Positions 13,889-25,099 of a stretch of 64,000 nucleotides of DNA are shown here, piece after piece (within the stretch, counting starts at the first letter, position 1; every line of letters starts with the position of its first letter). The notes under the pieces were generated by a model, which was not told the origin of the DNA, made no database searches, and worked only from the letters and a program-made list of their open reading frames with translations. The position numbers and the translations under genes are program-made. Origin of the DNA: Heteronotia binoei (Eukaryota); contig NC_083240.1 of assembly GCF_032191835.1 (NCBI RefSeq), positions 40,176,001 through 40,240,000 on the forward strand, in the 5' to 3' direction.

Positions 13889-14109
13889 GACGCATTCAGT
13901 TGTACACTGCACCATGTTAACCCCTATATGTGAGATAAGTACCTTAGATGGTGTTACCTTGACTGTAAGTGTGTGTGTTTCTTGGGGGGGGGGGGAGGAA
14001 GGGGGTTTAGTCCCACTAACAGAACACTGCAGGTTTTATAGTTGCAAACAGCCCTGCTAGCCTCACAAAGCACAGATGTTTGCTACAGTAAAACATAGCC
14101 CTCTGACCA

Positions 14110-14420
14110 CTGCCACAGGAGGTGGCGGCGGCTGCAAGCCTAGACAGCTTCAAGAGAGGACTGGATAAACATATGAAACAGAGGTCCATCAGTGGCTATT
14201 AGTCACAGGGTATTGTTGGAACTCTCTTCTCTGTCTGGGGCAGTGATGCTCTTTATTATTGGTGCTTGGAGTGGGGGGGGCAACAGGGGGAGGGCTTCTA
14301 GTGTCTTGGCCCCACTGGTGGACCTCCTGATGGCACTTGGGTTTTTTGGCCACTGTGTGACACAGAGTGTTGGACTGGATGGGCCATTGGCCTGATCCAA
14401 CATGGCTTCTCTTATGTTCC
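14110..14420 (+). mobile_element. CR1 LINE 3' fragment
   Basis: gacagcttcaagagaggactggataaacatatg...atggcttctcttatgttc. Confidence 0.8.
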
Positions 14421-14814
14421 CTTCACCAAGTTAAACTAATGTGGTGTAGCATTAGACTAGAATCTGGGAAACCCCAACTGAAATTCTTATCTTCCATAAA
14501 ACCTTCACCCAGTCACACACTCTCAGCCTAAACAACTTCATAAGGCTGTTGTGAGAATAAAATGGAGGCGGGGACAGTGAGGCAAGTCACTTTTGGGTTC
14601 CCAATGGGGAGAAAGACAGGTTAAATAAACTTCCTCCAGAGGAAGGAGGCTTTTTCCTCAGAGCAAGCCTGTTTTACTTAAAAGTTCCAGATTGAGAGGC
14701 AGCATGGAGTAGGAATCAGAGTGTCAGATAAGAATATGGGAGACCCAGGTTTAAACCCCCACTTCTGGGCCACATACTTTCAGCCCAAGCTGCCTTCTGG
14801 TGTTTTTAGAACAT

Positions 14815-15351
14815 AAGAGAAGCCATGTTGGATCAGGCTAATGGCCCATCCAGTGCAACACTCTGTGCCACACAGTGGCCAAAAACCCCCAAGTGCCATC
14901 AAGACGTCTACCAGTGGGGCTAGAAGCCCTTCCACTGTGCCCCCCCATGCACCAAGAGCATCGCTGCCCCAGACAGAGAGTTCCAAAAATAAGCTGTGGC
15001 TAATAGCCACTGATGGACCTCTGCTCCATATGCTTATCTATTCCCTTCTTGAAGCTGTCTATGCTTGTAGCTGCCACCACCTCCTGTGGCAGTGAATTCC
15101 ACATGTTAATCACCCTTTGAGTGAAGAAGTACTTCCTTTTATCCGTTCTAACCCGACTGCTCAGCAATTTCATTGAATGTCCACAAGTTCTTGTATTGTG
15201 AGAAAGGGAGAAAAGTACTTCTTTCTCTACCTTCTCTATCCCATGCATAATCTTGTAAACCTCTATCATGTCACCCATCTTGTAAACCTCTATCATGTCA
15301 CCCATCTTGTAAACCTCTATCATGTCACCCATCTTGTAAACTTCTATCATG
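14815..15351 (-). mobile_element. CR1 LINE 3' fragment with a 27-nt tandem repeat at the 5' junction
   Basis: DMIEVYKIMHG...FTQRVINMWNSLPQEVV. Confidence 0.88.
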
Positions 15352-16533
15352 TTTATGTGAGGATAAAAAACAGAGGATATAAAGGAACAAAGTAAATATT
15401 GATGTCTATACCCTGTTTCAAAGGAGTAATAAGTTCCAGAAATAGGTTTCTGCCCTTGGAGAAAAGTGCACTAGCGGCTTAACAGCATTTTTGCAGTTTT
15501 CTAATTGTAGATGCTCCAGCACAGGTGGAGCCAAAGCAGCACAGGGCAGCAGATCCACAGAAAGCAAGATCCTGCCTACTCAACATGGATTACCCAACTC
15601 ACAGAAACAAGTGTTTTCTTTTCTTTAAAAACACAACAACACTCTTTTCCAACAGACACACACCTGTTGCCTCCATTCAGTTGTTCCAAAGTCTAATGGG
15701 TGCTTGGGTAGAACCAGGCGTGCTGCAAAGATACCTACAAGCATTAAGCTGCATGCCCATTTATTTCTTCCTAAAGGATAAGAACAATCCACAACGATCT
15801 GATAACATTCCCCTTCATTCAGCTCCTTACATTAATGGGAATTGAACTGGTCCAAGTTAACTTCGAATGTATCGTCTGAATTATTATTACATGAGCCTGC
15901 CCCGCCTTTGCTATCTTTACTGAGTTGTGTTGTTTACTTGTATTCTATTAATTTATTGCTGTATTTTAACTGGTTTTATTATGCTGTAATTCGCCCTGAG
16001 TCCACTTGGGAAAGGGCGGAATATAAATCCACTAAATAAATAACTTCCAAGCCCTCCCCTGCCTTTGTTTTCTCCAACACGTTTTCTAAGAAAACAGACC
16101 AGGCTAACAGGATTCCTGCACTGAAATAAGGCGAGCAAGGGAAAGAGACCAGTGTAAGAGGCCATGCTTTTCTCTATCTTGGACAAAATGGACTAGCCCG
16201 GCAGACCACGCCCCCTCGCGGGACTAGCCACGCCCCCTGAGAGTGAGGTGGGAAAGACTACCGCTTCCCCAACCATCGACTTCTCCCCCTTTCTTCAGCC
16301 TCCCCCCGCTTTCAAAGGAAAGTGGACTCACCCAACACAATCGTCTCCCCCCCCAGCGTGGAAAATGGTTTAACCAAAAAAAAAAAAGGATGTCCCTTCA
16401 CGTTCTTCCCTCTTCTCCTCGTCCCCTTTTTTTGTGCTGTTGGTCGGTTCCGCCTCACCGGCGCGCTGCTTTTCCCCTCAGCCTACAAAAAAGGATTGTG
16501 GCCCAGCTCCGTTTCAACACTCCCGGCACTCAC

Positions 16534-16566
16534 CATCGCCTCGAGAGTGTTAACCGCCGCCTCCAT
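16534..16566 (-). CDS. SKA2: SKA2 coding exon 1 (11 codons)
   Basis: ATG GAG GCG GCG GTT AAC ACT CTC GAG GCG ATG|gtgagt = MEAAVNTLEAM (human MEAEVDKLELM); in phase with exon 2; head-to-head with PRR11. Confidence 0.92.
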
Positions 16567-16569
16567 GTT

Positions 16570-17253
16570 GAATCGTTGAAGCTCCTGAGGCACCGACACG
16601 CCCACCTTCCATTCGCCGAACCGGCCCCGCCTTTGTGGAAAACGGAGAACGGGAAGAGACAGCGCTTCCCATTGGTCAGCTGTCACTCGGAACGCCGCCT
16701 GGTTGGCTCCTTGCAAAGACATCTGCGAGCCTATTGGACGACACGATAAGGTAACTCCAGAACATGAGAGGAAAGCCCCTATTCGGTGCTGATGAGACCT
16801 ACTGCGCTCTGATTGGTCGGTAACGGGGCAACTTTGGCCTGCGAACAAAGCTGGAGCTTCATTCGTTTATTGGTCACTAGGTTAGGCACGAGGATCTTTA
16901 TTGGTTACCCTTTTTCATTTTTTTAAAGGCGGGCTGGACGTTGAGGGCGCCGTTCTTATTTCTCCTCCGCTTGTTTTGTAGGGGGCCCGCTCCTTCCGGC
17001 TTTTTGATCTGATTGGCTCCTGTTTCGCGTTGGAATGCTAATTAGTTTGGAATTTGTCCAATCACGTATTTCGTGACATAATTTGGCGTACAGAGGACAG
17101 AGAAACTTGCTTTGATTGGTGGTCTCATTTGTCGAGCCGTGATTGGCTCTAGAGGAGGCAGGCTCTCAGTTTGAACTGTTGGGTGTGGTAAAAGGGAAGC
17201 TGAGCAGATGCAGCCGGGGTCTGGAGGATTGAGGATCCTTTTTGTAGATTCAG
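16570..17253. promoter_or_regulatory. SKA2/PRR11 bidirectional CpG-rich promoter with nine CCAAT boxes and a CHR-like TTTGAA; probable non-coding PRR11 exon 1 ending at 17253
   Basis: ATTGG at 16671, 16733, 16812, 16869, 16900, 17012, 17115, 17142; CCAAT at 17058; TTTGAA at 17170; CAG|gtgggt donor at 17253. Confidence 0.75.
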
Positions 17254-17768
17254 GTGGGTAACTGTGTCGATCTGAAGCAGCAGAACAAAGTCTGAATCCA
17301 GAGGCATTTTTAAGACCAACAAAGTTTAATTCTGCGTATAAGCTTTTGTGTGCATGTAGACTTCTTCAGAAAGAAGAATCCTTTTTCTTTTACCTCTGAT
17401 GCTTTTTTGTGCTTTAAGAGGTAAGGGGGAAAGACGGGGGTATGGTCTGTGGTGGATCTCGGTGGGGGTGGGGGGAGAAAGACAGAAAAGATTGTTGCTT
17501 ATATTTTCCCTTGCTTTCCTCTCCCGCAAGCCAAAGCCTGATTTCAGATTGTCTCATGGAACTGCCAGGTAAAACATAGTGTAAGTATTCGTTAGAGTTT
17601 TCTCAGCTGGAGCTGAATCTTGTTCATTATCCCCTGCAAGCTGGAGTGGATTTAGAATGCTGTAAATCTATTTAGACTTGCAACTGTCAGTCCGATGCAA
17701 TGAGGATTCCTTAGGGATGCAGGTTCAGTGGAGAATATTTCCATCCTGTAGAACAGATCTGCTGTGGA

Positions 17769-18410
17769 GAGCCAGTTTGGTGTAGTGGTTAAGTGTGTGG
17801 ACTCTTATCTGGGAGAACTGGGTTTGATTCCCCACTCCTCCACTTGCACCTGCTAGCATGGCCTTGGGTCAGCTGTAGCTCTTGCAGAGGTTCTCTTTGA
17901 AAAAGCAGTGGAGGGCGGGATACAAATCCAATGTTGTCCTTGAAAGGGCAGCTGCTGTGAGAGCCCTCTCCAACCCCACCCACCTCACAGGGTGTTTGTT
18001 GTGGGGGAGGAAGGTAAAGGAGATTGTGAGCCGCTCTGAGACTCTTCGGAGTGGAGGGTGGGATATAAATCCAGTATCTTCTTCTTCTGTGATTAACTGA
18101 TATGCCCTTTTTCATTTATTAAACATTTTTGTGTTTACAATGACAAGCGTTCTCTGGTGCTCTACTCCCTTGGAAGAAGCGTTCTCAGTGTGGACAGAGC
18201 AAGCTTCTGGGGAGTGTTTTAGTTACTCCCGTTTACCCTCCTTTTGGTGTAGTGGTTAAGTGCGAGGACTCTTATCTGGGAGAACCGGGTTTGATTCACC
18301 ACTCCTCCACTTGCAGCTGCTGGAATGGCCTTGGGTCAGCTGTAGCTCTTGCAGAGGTTCTCTTTGAAAAAGCAGGGGAGGGCGGGATACAAATCCAATG
18401 TCGTCGTCTT
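17769..18410 (+). mobile_element. Two Squam3-like SINE copies (17769-18088 and 18243-18410) sharing a deletion variant
   Basis: Both contain gtcagctgtagctcttgcagaggttctctttgaaaaagcag. Confidence 0.8.
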
Positions 18411-18576
18411 TACTTCTCTTAGCTGGTGTGTGTTAGCTGTCAGAGAATGTCTGGACACCCATGTCCTCCTCGGCTATCCAAGCTCCACTATCATCCCCTT
18501 CCCTTTGATTATCTCTTTTTCTGGCTGAAAAGCCCCAGATATTTTACTCTCTCTTTGTAGGGAAGATGGTCCAGCT

Positions 18577-18831
18577 CAAGGGTAGCCAAACTTGCTTAAT
18601 GTAAGAGCCATGTAGAATAAACATCAGATGTTTGAGAGCCACAAGATATGAACGTCAGATGTTTGAGAGGAAGGAAGGTAGATACATGGATGGATGGAAG
18701 GAGAGAGGTGGAAAGAAAGCAACTTTAACTCTAAATGTATTCTCCAAGCCAGCCAGTGGGGGCTTTGAGAGCCACACAATATGTGTGAAAGAGCCACATG
18801 TGGCTTCCAAGCCACAGTTTGGCTTCCCCTG
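18577..18831. mobile_element. hAT MITE (CAGGGGTGGCCAAAC-type TIR)
   Basis: Degenerate TIRs; partial TSD gtccagct/gtccatcc. Confidence 0.7.
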
Positions 18832-19289
18832 GTCCATCCCTTTGATCATTTTGGCTGCCCTTGCACCTTTTCCAGCTCTATGATATCTTATTTCCTTAAA
18901 ACATATTGTTCCTCTTTATCAGTGGGTTTTATTGTTTATTTGCTATATCTATATATATATTTATCTATTGGTTTTAAACCATGGTTGGTTTTCATTCAGT
19001 TTCCAGTAACAAATTTAAAATATTAAGACTGTTGAAGAAATATTTCTTTACAGGACCTGGACAAAAACCAGGATAATACCCCCCCTTCCCCAAATATTGC
19101 TGCAGACATTTAACCCAAATTAATCGGTGGGGTTTTTCTACATTTAAGAATAATATATGCTGAACTAGAAAGGCAGAAATGTATGCATTACTGCTGGAAA
19201 GTATTTCTTCATATGCTTAAAAAATTAACTCAAAATTATTATTTTACGGTAGGCTTCCAGATGAACTTCCGCCTAAAGCTGGGGGGGAA

Positions 19290-19399
19290 ATGGCCAAATA
19301 TAAACAGCGACGCAGAAAACCAAGAGCCAGTGTGACGCTCAGGTTTAAAAAGCAGGAAAGAATCCATTTGCCACAGTGCTCAAGCATTCTCCCGTCAAA
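19290..19399 (+). CDS. PRR11: PRR11 first coding exon (gene exon 2)
   Basis: MAKYKQRRRKPRASVTLRFKKQE (human MPKFKQRRRKLKAK); ends AA|gtaagt. Confidence 0.9.
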
Positions 19400-20012
19400 G
19401 TAAGTAGACCCAGCTTTGTTTTAACATTTGTATTCATGTGTTTTTTCAAAGAGTTATGCTATGCAAATGACAGAATAACAGTAACCTTCCCTGAAAGGGA
19501 AGAGTGAGTGGGGGCACTGCAGATTTGATTGGCCCTAGCAGGCCCCTCCCCCTGATGGCTACAGCCCTGCCAGCTGTGCTCCTGTCAGTCATGGACAAAC
19601 AGAATTTTTGTGACATCAGAATGTGACCCAATAAATCCTGTTTTGTGCAGAAGTCCTGGTTCATTCTTGCCTTTTCCACAGCCCCCAGTGGGGAGAATGT
19701 CCTCCCCAGGGGTAGAATTCTAGCAGGAGCTCCTTTGCATATTAGGCCACACCCCATTGATGTAGCCTTGTAAACTCTTGGAAGATTGGCTACATCAGGG
19801 GTGTGTGGCCTAATATGCAAAGGAGCTCCTGCTAGAATTCCACCTCTGGTCCTCCCTATCGCACCATCTCTGTGGCCAAACATCTTCAGGAAGAGTGCCA
19901 TTCAGTAAAACTCAAGCATCACAGTAAAATACACGCTGGAATGTTTTAATTTGAAATCTTCGTTTGGTACCTATCTGTCAAATTGACCATGTTTTCTTGG
20001 GACTGTCTACAC

Positions 20013-20308
20013 CAGGGGTGGCCAAACTTGCTTAAAGTAAGAGCCACATAGAATAAACATCAGATTTTTGAGAGCCACAAGACATGAATGTCAGGTGTAT
20101 GAGAGCTGGAAGGAAGGAAGGCAAATAGATGGAGGAGGAAGGAGAAAAGAAAGCAATTTTAACTTTAAATTCATTCTCCAAACCACCAGCTGGCTTGGCT
20201 TGGAGAAGGGATTTAAAGAAACAAGTACCTTCTCTAAGCTGGCCAACAGGGCAGTGGGGGCTTCGAGAGCCACACAATATGTGTGAAAGAGCAGTTTGGC
20301 CACCCTTG
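20013..20308. mobile_element. hAT MITE
   Basis: TIRs; TSD gtctacac/gtctacgc. Confidence 0.8.
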
Positions 20309-20363
20309 GTCTACGCTATTGTTGAAACTGACCAGGACTTCTTCAAGCCATGGGATGTTAAGA

Positions 20364-20650
20364 ACATAAGAGAAGCCATGTTGGATCAGACCAGTGGCCC
20401 ATCCCGTCCAACACTCTGTGTCACACAGTGGCCAAAAAACCCAGGTGCCATCAGGAGGTCCATCAGTGGGGCTAGAAGCCCTGCCACTTTGCCCCCCCCC
20501 CCCCAGCACAAGAATACAGAGCATCACTGTCCCAGTCAGAGAGTTCCAACAATAAGCTGTGGCTAATAGCCACTGATGGACCTCTGCTCCATATGCTTAT
20601 CCATTCCCCTCTTGAAACTGTCTACGCTTGTAGCTGCCGCCACCTCCTGT
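20364..20650 (-). mobile_element. CR1 LINE 3' fragment
   Basis: Same 3' UTR as other copies. Confidence 0.8.
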
Positions 20651-20882
20651 GGTTATATGCCCTGTTGAATTGGACTTACTCAGTGTTCCACCACTGTCAG
20701 GCTTGGGAGCAAACAATTAAGAAGGAAGACTGTACCTTCACCTTTTGGCTTCTAGAATAAGGACATGCATGGACTCTCCCTGGAATAGAAGTGTTTATAG
20801 TTCTAAATATGCTTTAAAAGAATAGATGTGGAATTTTGTTCCAAGTCACCTTAAAATTTCTGTTTGGCACTGTCTTTGGCAG

Positions 20883-21021
20883 GCTTCCAGTTTCAACCTT
20901 GAACCAAAGTAGGCCTTTTCCTTCCTGGGCTTTGACTCTTTCTAACATAACAAAAGCAGTGAGGCCTTTGGTCACAACATTGCTCCGTTGGTACTGCTGG
21001 TGCCAGAGCAGTGTCATCCAG
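20883..21021 (+). CDS. PRR11: PRR11 exon 3
   Basis: ggcag|G...CAG|gtaag; LPVSTLNQSRPFPSW...WYCWCQSSVIQ resembles human ...SIYSWCQNCITQ; frame consistent. Confidence 0.88.
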
Positions 21022-21282
21022 GTAAGAGTTTGTTGTTGATTTTTAAATCCCCTAATTTTTTTCCCCTTTGTCACCAGCTGAAGTGAGCACACCTGCAAAC
21101 AGTGCTGTTACACTTGTGATTAAGAACTAGTGCAGGAGTGTCAAACTGTTAAGAGGGCCAACTCTGACATTTGTTGGACCAGGCGATCTGTGCCATAATA
21201 TCTAACACAAATATCAGAGATATAAACTTTATAAAGATGATTTGAGATGCTGAATGGCAATAGCAGGCTTGGTTTAATTAAG

Positions 21283-21478
21283 TGAAGCTGCCTTCTACTG
21301 AATCAGACCCTAGGTCCATCAAAGTCAGTATTGTCTACTCAGACTGGCAGCGGTTCTCCAGGGTCTCAAGCTGAGGTTTTTCATGCCTATTTGCCTAGAC
21401 CCTTTTTAGTTGGAAATGCCAAGGTTTGAACCTGGGACCTTCTGCTTATCATGCAGATGCTCTACCACTGAGCCACCA
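21283..21478 (-). mobile_element. Squam2-like SINE
   Basis: Same head and tail. Confidence 0.75.
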
Positions 21479-21678
21479 GTCATGCAAGCTGTGCTCTTTG
21501 GTTTCTCCCCTTCCCATCTGTAAGAAATGGAAAGGGGGGAGGCTCTTTCTCTGTTTCTGGCTTGCTCTCTCTGACTCTTTCCCTCCCCCCCCCCTTTCTC
21601 TCTCTCTCTTGTGGTGTGCATTGGTCTTGTGCCTGCTTCTAGAGGAAACCAGCTTTCTTTCTCCTGCAGTTCCTCCAG

Positions 21679-21801
21679 TTTTTCCGAGTCATCAAGAACA
21701 CAGCTTTTCAATCACATGTGCCCCTGGAGGAATTAAATGCACTTAGGGAACGTTTGGAAAAGCTTGAAACAGAATTTGCTGCGCTACAATCAACAATCCA
21801 G
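21679..21801 (+). CDS. PRR11: PRR11 exon 4
   Basis: ctccag|TTT...CAG|gtagat; FFRVIKNTAFQSHVPLEELNALRERLEKLETEFAALQSTIQ; an alternative in-frame acceptor lies 9 nt upstream. Confidence 0.85.
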
Positions 21802-22431
21802 GTAGATCACTTGTTGCAAAGTTTGAGTTTTCTAACACACGTGTATCCCTCAAGTTTCTTTCTATTTTAAGGAGGTTATTCATACAGGACAGTAATCAAG
21901 CCACTTTTTTTTTCATCTTTACACTTACATTGGATTCCCAGGAAGTTTCCCATCCAAGCACAATGGGCAAGCTTATGGGTAGCCAGATGACTGCTCTGTG
22001 TTAAGCTATATACCAGAGGTGGCCAAACTACGGCTCTTTCACACATATTGTGTGGCTCCCAGAGGTTAAGGAGGAACTTTATGCAGGCTTACTCTCAAGT
22101 AAGCATGCTTAGAATTTTTACCTCAGTCAGCTTCTGAGCACTGACCCATAGGTAGATAACTATTTCCACAGTGTGTGAAGCAGGGAAGGAGGGGGAAACC
22201 GGTTAGCTTGCAAGCTCTTCTCTTCCACCACAGAGGTCACCTGGAGACCTAGAGCAGGGAAAGAGAGTGCAAGAGCCAAGGAAGCCACTGAAAGGAGGAA
22301 TGGAATTAAAGAGGAAACTCTCACAAATGTCTCTAGTGTACTTCTAACCTCTCTTCTCGACTTCTGTTCTTTCTTCTCTTCTCTGGGGCACAGGAGTGGT
22401 TGATTTAGTTATGTCTTTGTAGTTATGTAAT

Positions 22432-22499
<68 letters not shown>

Positions 22500-22501
22500 T
22501 C
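22432..22501. repeat. (CTTT)n microsatellite
   Basis: About 17 units. Confidence 0.95.
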
Positions 22502-23288
22502 GTTTTTCTGTTTCATACATCATCTGGATTTTCCATTTTAAAAAGTATCCCTGGTGCTAGGTTGTTTGCTGTAAGTTCAATCCACATGATGCAGTTATGA
22601 TTGAATATTCTCAGGTTCTTAAGCCATGTTGTGCCTATACTGCAACTATAGGTGATCCTGCTTGTCATTGCTGTAATAGTTTATGTGGTGACTCTTTTTT
22701 TACTCTGTATTCTTCTGAAATTTCTTAATAAAAGTATTTTTGAACTAAAAAAAATAATAATTAAAGAGGGCAGCACAGGGTTCCCCCTTAGTTTCATAGC
22801 TGTTATAGGAGCTGTATTTACTAACCTTGGTGTCAAGGCAAAGAGAAATGCACAATGATGAAAATGGTGGTTAGTGATTTATATGGTATGTGTGTGATCT
22901 TCTTCGTGGTCTCTGTGCTTCACACCCATGGGAACAGGACGCCTGCATCGATCCCGATCGGTACGTTAAAAAGCCTGGGATTTTAGTGCTCCGCAGCCAG
23001 TGGGCATGCGCAGGGCCCCTACCGTGCATGCCTGCTGGGTGGGGCACAGATATCCCGCCAGTTCTCTTCTGACCGCTGTGCCGAACCGTCCGTTTTTCTG
23101 CAGCTCCGGTTGGTACTTACCTTTGTAAATCTTTTTCTGCCCATTTCTACGTCTTCTCTTCATCGTCATTTTTCGTCTTTAGTTCCTGTTTGAGTATATA
23201 TATTTTAAAAAACCAGTTAGTGACTTTTTCGACCCTCCGGGGTATACCCCCCCCCCAATTCCTTGGTTCCCGCTACCCTCTATAGTCT

Positions 23289-25072
23289 ATGGGCAAGCGT
23301 TGGGGGTTCTTCAAACGCTGTGTGCGTTTTGGAAATAAAATCGCCCCTCCAGACGGCCACAAGCTCTGCCTGCTGTGCATAGGAGAGAGCTATTGAGTCG
23401 ACTCCTGTGCTCATTGTGCCAGGTTCTCTAAACAGGCGAAATCTCACCTCCCCTGTCCGTCGAAGAAGCCCCTTGGTACCAAGGCAACTGTGGACTCAGC
23501 CTCTCTCGAACTCCGAGCCCAAGACTGACCTGACTCAGCTGACATCATCCTCTTGCTCTGGTTCCCAGAGAAACAGTGACAGAGACTCCCCTTCCGATCC
23601 AGAAGGTACTCAACTTGATCCTATGCCTGATAAACCGCATAAGAGACATTTAGCCAAACCTGATTTAGTCCAACAGTTGGGTTTTCGCTAACCACCGCCA
23701 CCACCTACCTGGGACCAGCGCCAATGGTCGTATTTGTATGGGGGCTACCTGTTTAACCCACCATACCTGTGGTACCCTCCACATGACTTACCTGATTGGG
23801 ATCAATGCTCGGAAGCATCCTTTCGCTCCCGAGTCTCTTATAGATCTCCAACCCGACGCTTGGCACCGATTACTACTCCGGCTCCTATTCAACCAGAGTC
23901 TCACAAGCTGGAAAAACCACGTGTGTCTAAGCCTGTTGAAATGCCTCAGGAGACTCATGCCGTCGATGCGCCCTCCTCACCGTGCCTGTCTGAACACTCT
24001 GAAGTTGGTGGAGCACCCTCCGATTCCAACGCTGAAGGTTCCATTGATAAATCACCTGCGGAACCCTCTCCTAATCCTCAAATCAACGAGGATCTGCCTA
24101 TCTCCCTGTCGGAGAATCTCAAGTCCTATGGTGACCTCATTAAGCGAATGGCTCAGGCTCTTTCTCTACCGATTGTCCAGCCTCAACCCACAATCGATGA
24201 CACAGTTTTCGATATAATGCAAAGGGACACTTCTACAGCTATAGTCCTTCCAGTCACTAAAGTGATTTTGCAGCCCATCAAGGAACCTTGGAAGAAACCG
24301 GCTTCCACACCTGTCTCCTCCCACAGACTGGACCATATGTATCATTGCAAGAGCCTGGAGTAGAATTCTTATTCACTCATCCTCGGCTGAACTCTGTCGT
24401 GGTATTCTCATCATGTAAGACTAGGAAGGTACATTCTACCCCCCTGGATAAAGAGGGTAGAATAACATTGGCAGGAAGTTTTATTCAGCAGGAGCCCTGG
24501 GCGTTAAAATCTCTAACTATTCAGCCTGTATGGCTCGCTATCATTATTCCCTGTAGGAACAACTTTTGGGGTGCCTTGCCACCCTACCTGAGGACAAAAG
24601 CAACCTTGCCAAGAAACTTCAAAAGGAAGGTATGATGCTTGCAAGACAGCAGTTAGCAGCATCAAAGCACATGGTTGATACCTTGACTTCAGCTGTCACA
24701 CTATGTCGCCATGCCTGGCTTAGGGCTACAGCCCTGCAATCCGACACCAGGGCCTATATTGAGGATCTCCCTTTCGAAGGTGAGGGGTTATTTAGCTCAA
24801 CTACTGACTCCGTCCTCCAAGAGATGGATAAGAATATCAAGACATCACGCAATCTCGGTGTTCCTGTTACTTCTAAAACACCCAAAACAAAACCTTGGCA
24901 TAAGCCCTGGAACAAGCGTCTGTTCCAGAAACAGTCCCCAGACCAAACTTGGAAACCACGGTTGTCTCAACCAGGAGGGAGATCGTCTTATGACAACAAA
25001 CATAAGTTTGCATCATTCGCATCACAGCAGCCGAGATCAAAGGGGGCTCATAACCCCAAGCGGGATCTTTGA
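23289..25072 (+). pseudogene. DIRS ORF1 (gag-like; N-terminal Cys/His finger, LAP2alpha-like domain), with stops and frameshifts
   Basis: FKRCVRF...DGHKLCLLCIGES*VDSCAHC; ...RHAWLRATALQSDTRAYIEDLPFEGEGLF. Confidence 0.8.
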
Positions 25073-25099
25073 CTTTCCCATTTTGGCCATCCCTACTTC

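Noticed and set aside
15250-15351. Short periodic repeats as a CRISPR-like array
   Set aside because: No spacers; vertebrate DNA; the units are CR1 sequence
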